A stretch of DNA of 64,000 nucleotides from Mobula hypostoma (Eukaryota), in assembly GCF_963921235.1 (NCBI RefSeq), contig NC_086108.1:22196001-22260000 (forward strand), read 5' to 3'. The position numbers and the translations under genes were made by a program. Below, piece by piece: positions 39,552 through 52,479 of this stretch (the stretch's first letter is position 1; the number at the start of each line of letters is the position of its first letter). The notes under the pieces were generated by a model. The model had not been told where the DNA came from. It worked only from the letters and a program-made list of their open reading frames with translations, and did not search any database.

Positions 39552-42500
39552 TTCTTTCTTTTTCAATCTTTTTATTAATTTCGAAGTATAGAAACAAAAC
39601 ATAGCAATAATACAAATAGTAGGAGAAATATTGTTACACTTAGGAAAAGTAATTGTAAAATCAAATAGTGTAAGTTAACAAAGCTCCCAATCATGTAGAA
39701 CTTACAACGGATAATACAAATCAAAAAAAAAACTGAAAAAAAATCATGAAAAAGAAAAAAAAACAAAACCAAAAAAAAAAACCCCATCCCCAAAGAAAAA
39801 CAGAATTAATCAACTAAACTAAAAGACTTGGGCAAAACTAACAATTTAAAAATGGAAAAGAAGAAGACCTCAGCATCGACGACTCCATTCCCCTCCAACA
39901 ACAGTACAGAGAGATAAAACAAGTTTGGAAATGATCAAATTACATCAAGTGAAAATGCTGAATGAATGGCCTCCCAAGTTTTTTCAAACTTAATGGAGGG
40001 GTCATAAACTGCACTTCTAACTTTCTCCAAATTCAAACACAACATAGTATGTGAAAACCAATGAAATACCTTAGGAGGGTTAATCTCTTTCCAATTCAAC
40101 AAAATGGACCTTCTAGCCATTAAAGTAAGAAATGCAATCATCTTTTGTGATGAAGAGGTTAAATTATTTAAGTCTATCATTGGTAGTCCAAAGATAGCAG
40201 TAATTGGATGAGGTTGTAAGTCTATGTTTAGGACCGTTGAAATAATATCAAAAATATCTTTCCAATATTTCTCCAATAAGGGACATAACCAAAACATGTG
40301 GGTTAAAGAAGCTATCTCGCAATGACATCTGTCACATATTGGATTAATATAAGAGTAATAACGAGATAGTTTACCTTTGGACATATGAGGCCTGTGCACT
40401 ACTTTAAACTGTATCAACCTATGCTTAGCACATACAGAGGATGAATTCACCAACTGAATAATTTTTTCCCATTTCTCAGTCGGTATATTAATCTCAAGTT
40501 CTCTTTCCCAGTCAGCTTTAATTTTATTAGAAGCATCAGGACATAAATTCACAATTATATTATATATAATTGCTACTACACTTTTCTGAGAGAGATTTAA
40601 ATCTAAGATTTTTTCCAAAATGTCCATTGGATATGGGTGTGGAAAATTAGGGGAAACAGTAATTAAAAAGTTTCTAATCTGTAAATATCTAAAAAAGTGA
40701 GATCTGGGTAAATTGTATTTATTAGAGAGTTGATCAAAAGACATAAAACGATTATCCAAAAATAAATCGCGAAAAGATATTATACCTTTGGTTTTCCAAT
40801 CAAAGTAAGCTTGATCCATCGTGGAAGGTTGAAAAAGAAAATTTGATATAATGGGACTTGCTAGAATAAATTGATTAAACCCAAAAAATCTTCGGAATTG
40901 AAACCATATACGTAAAGTATGCTTAACTATTGGGTTATTCATTTGTTTATATAATTTAAAAGAAGTAAAAGGAAGTGAAGTTCCTAAACCCGAACCCAAG
41001 GAAAACCCTTGTAATGAATTAGATTCAAGATTTACCCAATGAAGGTTTAAAGATACGTCCAAATCTCGTAACCAAAATTTTAAATATCGAATATTAATTG
41101 CCCAGTAATAAAATCTAAAATTCGGGAGGGCAAGCCCCCCCTCCTTTTTAAGATTTCTGTAGATACCTTTTTCCCAACCTAGGATTTTTATTCTGCCAAA
41201 TATATGAGGAAATTTTTGAATCTACGTGATCAAAAAAAGATTTTGGGATGAAAATTGGAACCGATTGGAATATATACAAAAATTTGGGCAAAATGATCAT
41301 CTTAATAGCATTAATCCGACCAATCAAAGACAAAGAGATTGGTGACCATTTGGTAAATAAAAGTTTAATCTGATCAATTAAAGGTAAAAAATTAGCTTTA
41401 AATAAATCTTTATTTTTTTTGTAATTGTTATCCCTAAATATATAAATGAATCAGTAACCAATTTAAATGGTAAACGTCCATAAGTAGGTACATGCTTATT
41501 TAAAGGGAATAATTCACTCTTATTAAGATTCAATTTGTAACCAGAGAAGTTACTAAATTGAGCTAACAGGTCTAAGATAGCAGGAGTTGACTTCTCCGGG
41601 TTAGAGGTGTATAACAACAAATCATCTGCATATAATAATTTATGTATTTCGTTTCCACGGGTAATCCCAACAATATTTGGCGAGTCACGAATAGCAATTG
41701 CTAAAGGTTCAACAGCAATATTGAATAGTAAAGGACTAAGAGGGCAACCTTGCCTAGTGCCACGAAAAAGACGAAAAAAAGGAGATCTATAATTATTTGT
41801 ACAAACCGAGGCTACCGGGGAGTAATATAACAATTTAATCCAAGATATAAATGTCAAATTAAAATTAAATTTCTCAAGAACATTAAATAAATAAGGCCAT
41901 TCAACTCTGTCAAAGGCTTTCTCAGCATCTAAAGAGATAATACATTCCAGGGTAGTAAATGAGGGGGTATAAACAATATTCATTAACCTCCTAATATTAA
42001 AGGATGAATAGCGATTTTTAATAAATCCGGTTTGATCCATAGAAATAATTTGAGGTAACACCTTCTCCAACCTAGTTGCTAGAATTTTTGAAAAAATTTT
42101 AGAGTCTACATTCAGAAGAGATATCAGTCTGTATGATGCACAATCAGTAGGATCTTTATTCTTTTTAAGAATTAAGGAAATAGAGGCTTCGTCAAACGAT
42201 TGTGGTAATTTACCTAAACTGATTGCTTCCTTGAATATTCTAGACAACTTAGAAGAAAGAATGGAGGAAAAAAATGTTTAAAATTCCACTGTAAACCCAT
42301 CCAGACCGGGTGCTTTACCGGAACTCAATGATGAGATTGCAGTAATTATTTCTTCCTCTGAAATGGAAATTTCTAATGATAGGGACTCTTCGGTTGATAA
42401 TTTCGGAAAACTAAATTTACCTAAAAAAATCATGCATGAAATTAGAATCATGAGGAAAATCAGAGTGATATAGAGAGGTATAAAATTCTTGAAAGGTTTG

Positions 42501-45500
42501 ATTTATCCCAACATGATCAACTGTGAAAGTATCATCCTGTTTGCGAATCTTAGTAATTTGACGTTTAACCGAATCAAATTTCAATTGGTTGGCCAGTAAT
42601 TTACCCGATTTATCGCTATGAATATAAAAATCACTTCTAGTTGATTTTCGATCGAGGATGTTAATTGGAGTTCAACTCTGTGTTTGTACAGCTCCTTACT
42701 GAGAGAAATAGCATATTTTTTATTGACTTCTTTAATCTTATCAACCAACAAAAGTATTTCATTATTAACACATCTTTTCAAACCGGCCGAATAAGAAATA
42801 ATCTGACCACGGATATAAGCTTTAAAGGCGTCCCAAACAGTTCCATTGGAAACTTCTTCCGTAGTATTAGTTGAAAAGAAGAAATCAATCTGCTCCTTTA
42901 TAAATTTGACAAAGTCCTGATCTTGAAGCAAAATAGGGTTAAATCGCCATTGTCTGCTAGTACAAGAGGTGTCCATTAACTTGATGGAAAGTTTCATTGG
43001 AGCATGTTCTGAAATAACAATACTGTCATAATTACAATCAACTACATATGAAATCAAACAAGAGTCAATCAAGAAATAATCAATTTGAGAAAAAGAACGA
43101 TGAACATGTGAAAAAAAGGAGAATTCCTTATCATTTGGATGTAGAAATCTCCAAATTTCTGAAATTCCAGAATCCAACATAAAAGAGTTAATAATAGTAG
43201 CCGACTTAATCGGTAAAGCCGGACTAGCTATGGATCTGTCCAACATGGGATTCAAACATAAATTAAAATCACCGCCCATTATCAACATATACTCGTTCAA
43301 ATTAGGAAAGGAAGTGAATAAGTGTTTAAAAAATTCAGGATAATCCACATTCGGAGCGTAAACATTAACCATAGCGACCTTTTTATTAAAAAGTACCCCA
43401 GTAATTAACAGAAATCTGCCATTAGGATCTGAAATAATGTCTTGATGAATAAATGTAATTGAAGGATCAATAAAAATTGAAACGCCTTTAATTTTGGCCT
43501 GAGCATTTGAGCGGTATTGTTCTTCCTTCCAAAACTTAAAGAAGCGTTGATTGTCCTCTTTCCTTACATGAGTCTCTTGTGCAAAAATAATATGAGCATT
43601 CAGTCTTTGGAACACTTTGAAAACCTTTTTCCGTTTTATTGGATGATTTAAACCATTTGTATTCCAAGAGACAAAATTAATAGTATGAGCCATAATTGAA
43701 AATTAACCCTTTGGTGAGTAAGGGGTTAACCATAATGTGAGCTCATGAAATCGGAAGAGGAATACATAATTAGAGAGGAACCGGAAATCTCGACACTGCG
43801 GACATCTTTGTAGTTCTGAATCAGCCCAATAGAAAAAATTAAAAAGAAAAAGACTATCCCCTCCCCCAACCCCAAGAACCCCAAACTAAGCCAAAAAAGG
43901 CTGAAGAAAGCTCTAACTAAAACTAATTCTAACCCCATTTCTGCAGGGGGCAACTCCAAAAATATATGTTAAATAGGTGACCTCCCAGAGACTAATATAT
44001 GTAAAAAATAACCAGTATAATAATTAGTCTACATAGTAAAAATTACTAAAATATATAAAATAAAAAACTTAGTCAATACGTATAATTAGTTAAAGGCGAG
44101 TAAATAAAAAATCACTTCCAAAAGGAAAAAAAGGATTATGGGAAGAAGAAGCATAAGAACATGGCGTCTCAAAAAAAAACAAAGGAGGTTATACAAAAAG
44201 AAATACAAGTCGCCATTTTAATTATGCAAGAACCAAAAATAGGAAACATATAACTAAAAGTGATCGTCGGATCAGATCATTAATGATACCAAAAAAGGAA
44301 AAGTAAAAACAAAAGGTTAACTAAAGGAGAATGATGTTATTCACAGGAGATAAGTATTCTATATAAGTTATAGAATAACAACTATAGTAATAAACAAAGA
44401 ACAAAAATCTTGGACTTATAAAAAAACCTTCATCACACGGTAGTAAAAGGTTTATTTTAAAGAAACACCAGAAAGGAAAAAAAAAATTGGTGCTGGAAGC
44501 ACCCGACACAGATCAAGAGAGGGTGTCTGTATCAGATGGGAAGTTATCATCCAAAAAACTTCGAGCGGCAGTTGTAGAGTGGAAAACACGACGATTTCCA
44601 TCGGGAAGAGAAATTCTGAGACGTGCAGGATACAATAGTGCCGGTTTGAGATTTTTTTGATAGCATTCCGACATTAGAAGTTTAAAAGTCAGTCGTTCCT
44701 TCATCACTTCAGGACTGTAATCTTGAACTATCCTGAAGGAATGCTGGTGATACTTGATCATCCCTTGTCGACGAGCGGTCTGGAGAAGCTATTCTTTAAC
44801 ATTGACATAATGGAAACGAAGAATAACTGGTCTGGGTTTGGAAACAGCCGCTGCCAACTTTATCCACAGTATACGATGGGCGCGGTCGAGTAATGGAGGA
44901 TCGTTGGGAAAAACTGAACCGAACGAATCCTTTAAAAGTTGAGCAAAGAATATTGCAGGGTCTCCAACCTCAACATCCTCGGGTAAGCCAATTAAACGTA
45001 AGTTTTGTCTTCTCGATCGATTCTCAAGATCAATAACTTTGGATTTAAGTTGTTGAAGTTGTTTAGTAGTCGAAGCTAGATTCTTCTCTAAAATCTCAAT
45101 TTTTGTGTCCATCTTCTGAGATTTAGTATCCAGTTCAGAAATTTTTGCATCGTGTTTTTGAACATCAGAATCCAGGGATTTCAAAGAATCCATGATTGAT
45201 TTTAAATCTTCATTGAGGCTTTGACGATGTTGTTCAAATTGAGCAGTTAAACTTTCAGATAGTTTTATCCGATGCTGCTCAAACATTTCCTTCATAACTT
45301 CGTAAGTTAATTCCGTTTGTTTGTTTGGAATCGCCTTTCTTCTTTCTTCCGTTCCCATCGGCGTCTTTCCCATCTTTAGTTCTAGATCTCGTACTCATTT
45401 CTCTAAGCTCGAAAGTTACAGTTGACAAAAGGAAATCAGTTAATCAGTAAATCAAGAAGATAAAGTAAATCTGGTGTACTTAAAGTTGATTAGATCAAGG

Positions 45501-45583
45501 AGATCATAGGTTAAAAAAAGGATAACGGGAGTGGAGCGAAGCCAAAGAGACGACCTCACTCCATGAGCGCTCCCTGCAGAATC
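39552..45583 (-). mobile_element. Full-length L1-clade LINE (about 6.0 kb), inactivated
   Basis: 17-bp TSD CATGGAGAAAGGCTCTT (39535-39551, 45584-45600). ORF1 44513-45373 (coiled coil, DLENRSRRQNLRLIGLPE) has one in-frame stop at 44789. ORF2 has APE 42581..43693, RT 41378..42247 (RQGCPLSP, YADD) and a CCHC motif (CDRC..HMFWLC). AATAAA and A-rich tail on the minus strand. Confidence 0.95.
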
Positions 45584-45699
45584 CATGGAGAAAGGCTCTT
45601 GTCGTCTCTACTTCCCTTTTGAATGGCATCGCCGGAACCATTTTAAACGTGGTTATAAATCTGTAGACTTGTTGCTGAACTGCCCCTTTGGCCTATGAA

Positions 45700-46330
45700 A
45701 GTAAACACAAGAAATTCTGCAGATGCTGCAAATCCAAACGAAGTCTTCAGGTCAGGCAGCATCTATGGAAATGAACCACCAGTCGACATTTTGGGCCGAG
45801 ACCTTTCTTCAGGCCTCGAAAGGAAGGGGGAAGGCGCTAGGATTAAAAGGTGGACGGAGGACCTGGTTGTGGGGGGGGGGGGGGTTGCTAGAAACTGAAG
45901 CCAGGTGGGTGGGAAAGGTAAAGGGCTGGAGAGGAAGCAATCTGATAGGTGAGGAGAGTGGGCCATAGGAGAAAAGGAAGGAGCAGAGAGCCCAGGGCGA
46001 GGTGATAGGCAGATGAGAAGTAAGAGGTCAGAGTGGGGAATAGAAGAGGGAAGGGAAAAAAATTACCCGAAGGAGAAATCGATATTCGTGCCATCAGGGT
46101 GGAGGCTACCCAGGTGGAATATAGGATTTTGCTCGTCCACCCTGAGGGTGGCTTCAGCTTGGCGCAAGAGGATGCCATGGGCTGACTGTCGGAATGGGTT
46201 ACACACACAAAATGCTGGAGGAACTCAGCAGGCCGGGCAGCATTTATGAAAAAGAGTACAGTTGACGTTTCGGGATGAGACCCTTCAGCAGGAACGGGAA
46301 TCGGAATTAAGTATTCGACCTCCAGGAAGT
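45700..46330 (-). mobile_element. Penelope-like fragments (two nested or adjacent pieces)
   Basis: AATTCTGCAGATGCTG and CACAAAATGCTGGAGGAACTCAGCAGG termini. The CCATCAGG.TGGAGGCTACC motif is shared with the Penelope at 52480-54960. Confidence 0.7.
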
Positions 46331-46429
46331 TCCGCTTTTGGCAGGTGGATGAAAGTTTTGTTTTTTCCTTTACATGTTTGTAAGAGTTGTGCAAATCCAT
46401 GTAACTAGCCCAGTGTAATAGACATTGCA

Positions 46430-47030
46430 CCTGAGGCCAGGGTTTGTTTGCCCCACAGTGCGGTTCACAGGAAGTGCTCTTTGCCCCGCAGTTCGCCTCA
46501 ACACTAGTCCCTGCAGCGTTCCCACTGACAAAGTCGTCGGGTTGGCAATTGGCGGTGAATGTCCTACCATCGCGGTTGTTTGCAGGCGGCTCCAGGCTCG
46601 GGAAAAGCGGAGATGAAATGAGTGATTTCTGGAAGGGTTGAGGAAGCTCCTGTTGAAAAATGGACGAATGGAATAGAAGTGAAGGCCGGCAGACGCGAGG
46701 TGAGGTGATCTGTGAGTGTTGTGCTGCTTTGAGTGAGTTGTCCAGGAGAAGACTAGTTTGGTTAAGGGAGTTCCCAAGTGTTGGGGAGTTAGTATTGTTA
46801 AAATAAATTATGTAGTTATGTTGGAAACCCTGCGGGACGAATTTTTGCATGGGTGTTATTTCAGGTGTGACGGTGAAGGGAAATGAAGTGATCCCCTGTC
46901 GGGACCCATAAGTTTCTCAAGAGTTTATAAAGCTCTCAGAGTTGAACAAGTGCCCTCACCGCCCGCTCTACATACCGGCCAAGGTGCCTCCCCGTTACAA
47001 TGTCCGCAATTTATCGATCGTTACGACTAG
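46430..47030 (+). promoter_or_regulatory. CpG-rich candidate promoter / first-exon region
   Basis: Local CpG enrichment in sequence I do not recognise as a repeat, against a CpG-poor background. Contains a Kozak-context ATG and splice donors. Confidence 0.5.
46660..46699 (+). CDS. Candidate first coding exon of an unidentified gene (MDEWNRSEGRQTR, phase 1)
   Basis: aaaATGG Kozak context with an upstream in-frame TGA. The GAG|gtgagg donor is phase 1, compatible with the downstream phase 1-1 exons. Confidence 0.45.
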
Positions 47031-49359
47031 TGAAAGTAAAACGACCTATAATATAAGAAACTGATAACATTTGTTTTGTACAGTTGCCCTGATTGAATGT
47101 GGAAAATAGATGTTTATTGCGGAATTAATGCTTCTGAATGCAGTGGGCTGATTAACTAGTCAGCACAAGCATTTGGTTTGCACATTCCTGTTTTTTCCCT
47201 GAATTACGTGGCATGGATGATACATAGTATCCAGTATTAGCTGCCTTATGTAGAAGAGTTACTGCTCTTTTAGCTAAACGTAAACTTATAAATACATACA
47301 ACATAGAAGAATGCCAGTCACCCTCTGAGTTTGTTGAAAAAATAGTCATGCTCCCACACTATTTATGTTAGTCTGTAAATTCCTCGACCAGAACTACTAT
47401 TTAATTCACATATTAAATTGACCAATGGATTATTAATCATCACTTTTAAAGGTGGGATGTTCCTGATTACAAGAAACTTGGAGGAGGTGTTTGCAGAAAA
47501 TCTCTTCATCTACCCTCTTTGACAATGATTTGAAGTTATTGGTTTGCCACAGTTCCCCTGGAGAAATAATTTTTCTCTGTTGGAAAATCTCATAAACTTC
47601 TGCCTCAGGACTCTTTTCCATAGATGCCGCCTGGCCTGCTGAGTTCCTCCAGCATTTTGTGCAAGGGTTGCTTGGATTTACAGCATTGCAGATTTTCTTT
47701 CATTGCAGATTTTTTCTATTTGCCTCAGGACTAGTTGTTCTTACTTTTTCAAACTCCTTGTAACAGATGTTCTTCATTCCCAGTGAACTGGCTTTCCAAG
47801 TCTGAAGCGTCTTTCTTGGTGTGCTGTCCAGAGGGATTTACAAAGTTCTGACCTGATTGTTGTGTTTTTTATAGTTTATTCCTACGTCTATAAATTCAAG
47901 TTTTCAATTTGTTTTATCACCTTTAAGGATAGATTAATGTACACAATAGGGAAGATCTGAAGTGAGGTGACTGTAAGGACTTGGGTGTCTGACTGAAGCA
48001 AATCGGGTAGGCAATACGGTATAAGGTGTATGTACAGAGCCACAACACGTTACTGCAGATTATCAGCAAAATTAGCACAATTTCTACTTCTGTTGTCTCC
48101 GTTCACCAAGAGTTTTTCAGAATTATGTCATTTATAATATACTAACTTTCCATTACTAATTCTCCCAAAGGGCACCGTGCCACATTACTCTGCATTGAAT
48201 TGCATCTCTTTTAACTCAGCACCTTGGTGTTGTCAGTATTGCCAGCATTTATATGTCCTTTTCTAATATTTTTAAGAAGCCGGTTGTGAGCTGTCTGTTG
48301 AAATGCATTAACTTTCCTGGTTAAGGCGTGCTCACAGTGTTGGGGAGGAAGTTCTGGGCATTATGCGCAGTGACAAAGAAGGATATTTTAAAGTCAGGGT
48401 GGTGAGTGAAATGGAATGGAGCCTGTATGTCATTGAGGAAGCAGCACAAAATGATTTTGGGTTGTGCCTGGGTTACTGCCTTGGAGATCCGTAGCAGTGT
48501 TGTCCTCGGACAAGAGTGGCAAGTTTGAGAGCAAATGCCCAAACTGACAATATGCTTTTAAAAATTCTCCTACGTACTTTGATTCTACATATGTAAATTC
48601 TCCTGGTAACTTTGACCAGGGTTATCATTAATTAATGAATTAGTAACAATAATTATGTAACTTTTTAAGAAGAAAGGATGATCCCTGTTACTTATTTGCC
48701 TGTATTCATTGTTTTACTATTAATAAAATGTAACAGAGACAGATTAAGTAAATGAAACATTTTAGAAAACCTGTTCAAAGATGAATATCTAGTGTGCACT
48801 CACAAACAACAGAAGAAAAAATATAAGCAGAGCAAAGCCAATACCAAGAGGCCCAACCATTTACTGTCCAAATCTTGATGTGTACACCAGGTGTGCAAGG
48901 GTTTCAAAGCATATTATCCAATGTCATGTGTTCTCACGACTGTCTAGCTTGCCTGAGACATTTCCTGTGAAAACATTTCCTGTAAAAATTGATTTGTTAG
49001 TAAAGATTATTATTATGTATCTTTTTATTCTGGGTGCAGTTAATGAATCAAGGGGTGGCACTGTAAGCCGTGCGCCAACATAATTTTTGTGTGTGCCAGG
49101 GGTTCATTGTCCTTAGATGTGATAGTTAAGCTCTAGCAATCACAACCAGCTTCCTCTGTGCAAACATTTGCTCATTTTCTCCTTAAGCCAATAAGAAACT
49201 TTTTCTTAATTTCTACCTCTTTGCTAATTTTTCGTATATCATCTGTAATTATTGCACCCACACCAGCTCATTTTTAACAGTTGAAAATACTTACCAAAAA
49301 TTGACCCTGTGGAAAGCCACTGCCAGTTATGCTCTGGTCTAAACAGAAATCCATCCACA

Positions 49360-50640
49360 ACCATACTATCGCCCGGTAGCACTCTCATTGATGGTCATGA
49401 GATGCTTTGGGAGGTTGGTCATGACTACAATGAACTCCTGCCTTTGCAAGGACCTTGACCCATTGCAATTTGCCTATTGCCACAATAGGTCTATAGCAGA
49501 CACAATCTCAATGGCCCTTCATATGGCCTTAGGTCACCTGGACAATACAAACAACTGTGTCAGGATGCTGTTCATTAACTGTAGCTCAGTGTTTAACATC
49601 ATCATTCCTACAGTCCTGATTGATAAGTTTATAGAATCTGGGCCTCTTGTGCCTCCCTCTGCAATTGGATTCTCGACTTCCTAACCGTATGACTACAGTT
49701 TGTGCGGATTGATGATGATATCTCTTCCTTGCTGACGATCAACACTGGCGCGCCTCAGGGGTGTGTGCTTAGCCCATTGCTCTACTCTCTGTATACACAT
49801 GACTGTGTGGCTTGGTATAGCTCAAATACCATCTATAAATTTGCTGACAATACAACCATTGTTGGTAGAGTCTCAGATGGAGATGAGAGGGCGTACAGGA
49901 GCGAGATATACCAGCTCGTTGAGTGGTGTCACAGCAACAACCTTGCACTCAGCATCAGTAAGACCAAAGAGATGATTGTGGACTTCTGAAAGTGTAAGAC
50001 GAAGGAACACATACCAATCTTCATAGTGATCAGAAATGGAGAGAGTGAGCGATTTCAAATTCCTGGGTGTCAATATCACTGAGGATCTAACCTGGTCCCA
50101 ACATAGTGATGCAGCTGTAAAGAAGGCAAGATAGCAGTGTGCGGAGATTTGGTTTGTCACCTAAAACACTGAAAAACTTCTATAGATGTACTTTGGAGAG
50201 CATTCTGACAGGCTGCATCACTGTCTGGTATGGATGGGTGCTACTGCACAGGACCGAAGGAAGCTACAGAAAGTTATAAAATTAGTCTGCTCCATCTTGG
50301 GTAGTAGTATCCAAGACATCGCCAAGGAGTGGTGCCTCAAAAAGGCAAAGTCTATTATTAAAGACCCCCATCACCTAGGGCATGCCCTCTTATGGTTACA
50401 GTCGGGAAGGAGGTACAGAAGCCTGAAGGCACACACTCAGCGATTCAGGAACAGCTTCTTCCCCTCTGCCATCTGATTCCTAAATAGACATTGAACCCGT
50501 GAACACTACCTGACTACCTATTTGTATAATATATATTACTTCTGTTTTTGCACTATTTAATATACATATATATACTTACTGTAATTTGATTTACTTTTTC
50601 TTTCTATATTATCATATATTGCATTGCATTGCTCCTGCTA
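49360..50640 (+). mobile_element. Rex1/Babar LINE RT and 3' end
   Basis: ORFs 49388..49684 (LDPLQFAY), 49702..49989 (TGAPQGCVLSPLLYSLYTHDC, KFAD) and 50186..50476 (SGRRYRSLKAHTQRFRNSFFPSAI). Confidence 0.9.
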
Positions 50641-50644
50641 CTTT

Positions 50645-50663
50645 CTATATGTATGTGTGTGTG

Positions 50664-50718
<55 letters not shown>

Positions 50719-50731
50719 TTGTGTGTATATA
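50645..50731. repeat. Compound (TG)n(TA)n(TG)n microsatellite
   Basis: Seen directly. Confidence 0.95.
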
Positions 50732-51156
50732 GCTAGGGTGCCTGTACTGTATTTGTCAACATGGAATGGAGAGCGAGTTTGAGAGTCTGGCGGATGTTGG
50801 GAATGCTGAGGGTGGAGTGCCATGGGAAGGGTGTGGAACAGGTGGAAGAGAGGAAGTGCCAGGGGTAGGGGGTGGTGTGGGTGCAGACGCACCCAGCCCT
50901 AAGACACCAGGCAAAGTCAATTGATTACAGACAATTAGTTTACTGATCATTGCAGAATGTCTGGTATTTTCCTGCTCTCTCCCCTCTCCCCTCTCCCTTC
51001 CCCCTTTCCCAACCATGTTTCCCCTCTTCCTGCCCCCTTCCCATTCTCAGACCACAATAAAGACCCACATCAGAATCACGTTTATCATCACTCACATTGG
51101 TCATGAAGTTTGTTTTTTTTTGTGGCAGCAGTACAGTGCAATATATAAAATTACTA

Positions 51157-51224
51157 CAGTACCATGCAGCAGTCTCAGGCACCCTGTCTATACATAATGT
51201 GTCTTAAGATTTTGGACAGTACTG
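51157..51224. mobile_element. Small palindromic Tc1/mariner-type MITE
   Basis: TA-flanked imperfect inverted repeat CAGTACCATGCAGCAGTCTCAGGCAC...GTGTCTTAAGATTTTGGACAGTACTG. Confidence 0.5.
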
Positions 51225-51569
51225 TATGCTTTTTTTGAAGTGGATGCATGTATCCCCTGCCTTTCCTTTTCAGTTGCTTCATCATAGAGTTATGTCTCTT
51301 GTCAGAAATAGTTTACCTTTGACAAATATTTTCCTAATAACTCATGCTTTTCCAACTACAAAGGTGATTGGCGAAACAAAAAAATAAAGAAGAATGTTCT
51401 TACAGTGAATAGTTAAGTCTGCGATTCACTACATGGTGGTAGGGAAGCTGGATTCAATTGTGGTATATTGATAGGAAATATGATGTGGAGCAAGGGCACT
51501 GGGTGGGAGAGTGTGTTAAGATGACTTGTTTTTTGCAAAGAGCTGGTGAGACTCAACAGGCTGAATGGA

Positions 51570-51910
51570 ATCATAGAGAAGTACAGCACAGAAACAGACC
51601 CTTCTGCCCGTCCAATCCATGCTGAACCATTTAAACTGCGTCCTCCCATTGACTTGCACCAGGACCACAGCCCTCCAAACCCCTACCATCCATGTACCTA
51701 CCCAAACTTCCCTTAAGTGTTGAAATCGAGCTCACATGCACCACCTGCATGGCAGCTCGTCCCACACGCTCATGGTCCTTGAGTGAAGAAGTTTCCCCTT
51801 ATGTGCCCCTTAAACTTTTCACTTTTCACCTTTAACCCATGACTTCTAGTTGTCTTCCCACCCAACATGGAAAAAGCCTGCTTGCATTTACCCTAACTAT
51901 ACCCCACATA
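51570..51910 (-). mobile_element. CR1-type 3' fragment
   Basis: CATAGAGAAGTACAGCACAGAAACAG tail and TTAAACTTTTCACTTTTCACCTTTAACCCATG coding remnant. Confidence 0.7.
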
Positions 51911-52479
51911 ATGGGCTAACATTAGCACTTCAATTTTTTAATAGAACAATTGAAGATTTTTGACTCTGAGCCTGCATCGTAGCTATTATAATTCTCTCCT
52001 GTACTTTGTTTTCCTGGTCAACAGAACCTTACTCCTGCTATTTATCATAAGATACACTTCACTCATCTACTTATTCCTTGTGTAAGCCAATACTTTTGCT
52101 TCTACTTTTATTATTTTTCTTTTACTGTTTTGCCCTTTTCTAAATGACCAAGTCAGCTCCTTTTTCGGTCACCATGATGAGCTGCTCCTCGGCCGTGTAA
52201 TTTATCCACCAGTGATTTGGTTCTGATTCCAAAATTAGTTCAAACTGAACATCTATCTTTAGTTTGGGCTTTGCTATTTGTAGGAGGAAATCCCTTCCCA
52301 ATAATGATGGCTACATTTATTTTATCAATTTGAACTTTGCTTTTTGTCTCACGTATGCTGAACTTGTGATCGGTATTTATTGTAGCTGCCCTCCATTGAC
52401 TGCTTCCCTTTGAGATTACAGCAACAAGTTTATCCAGACTGCTCTTGTGGCATGTAGCAGCCTTGTGACCAAGACTTGA

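Noticed and set aside
45888..46850. 320-aa minus-strand ORF
   Set aside because: It runs through Penelope fragments and the antisense of the CpG-rich region, has no recognisable domain, and is probably a chance composite.
48766..48880. Possible extra phase-1 exon (ttttag|AAAACCTG...)
   Set aside because: The polypyrimidine tract is weak, the frame reaches TGA without a convincing donor, and it has no similarity to the repeat exons.
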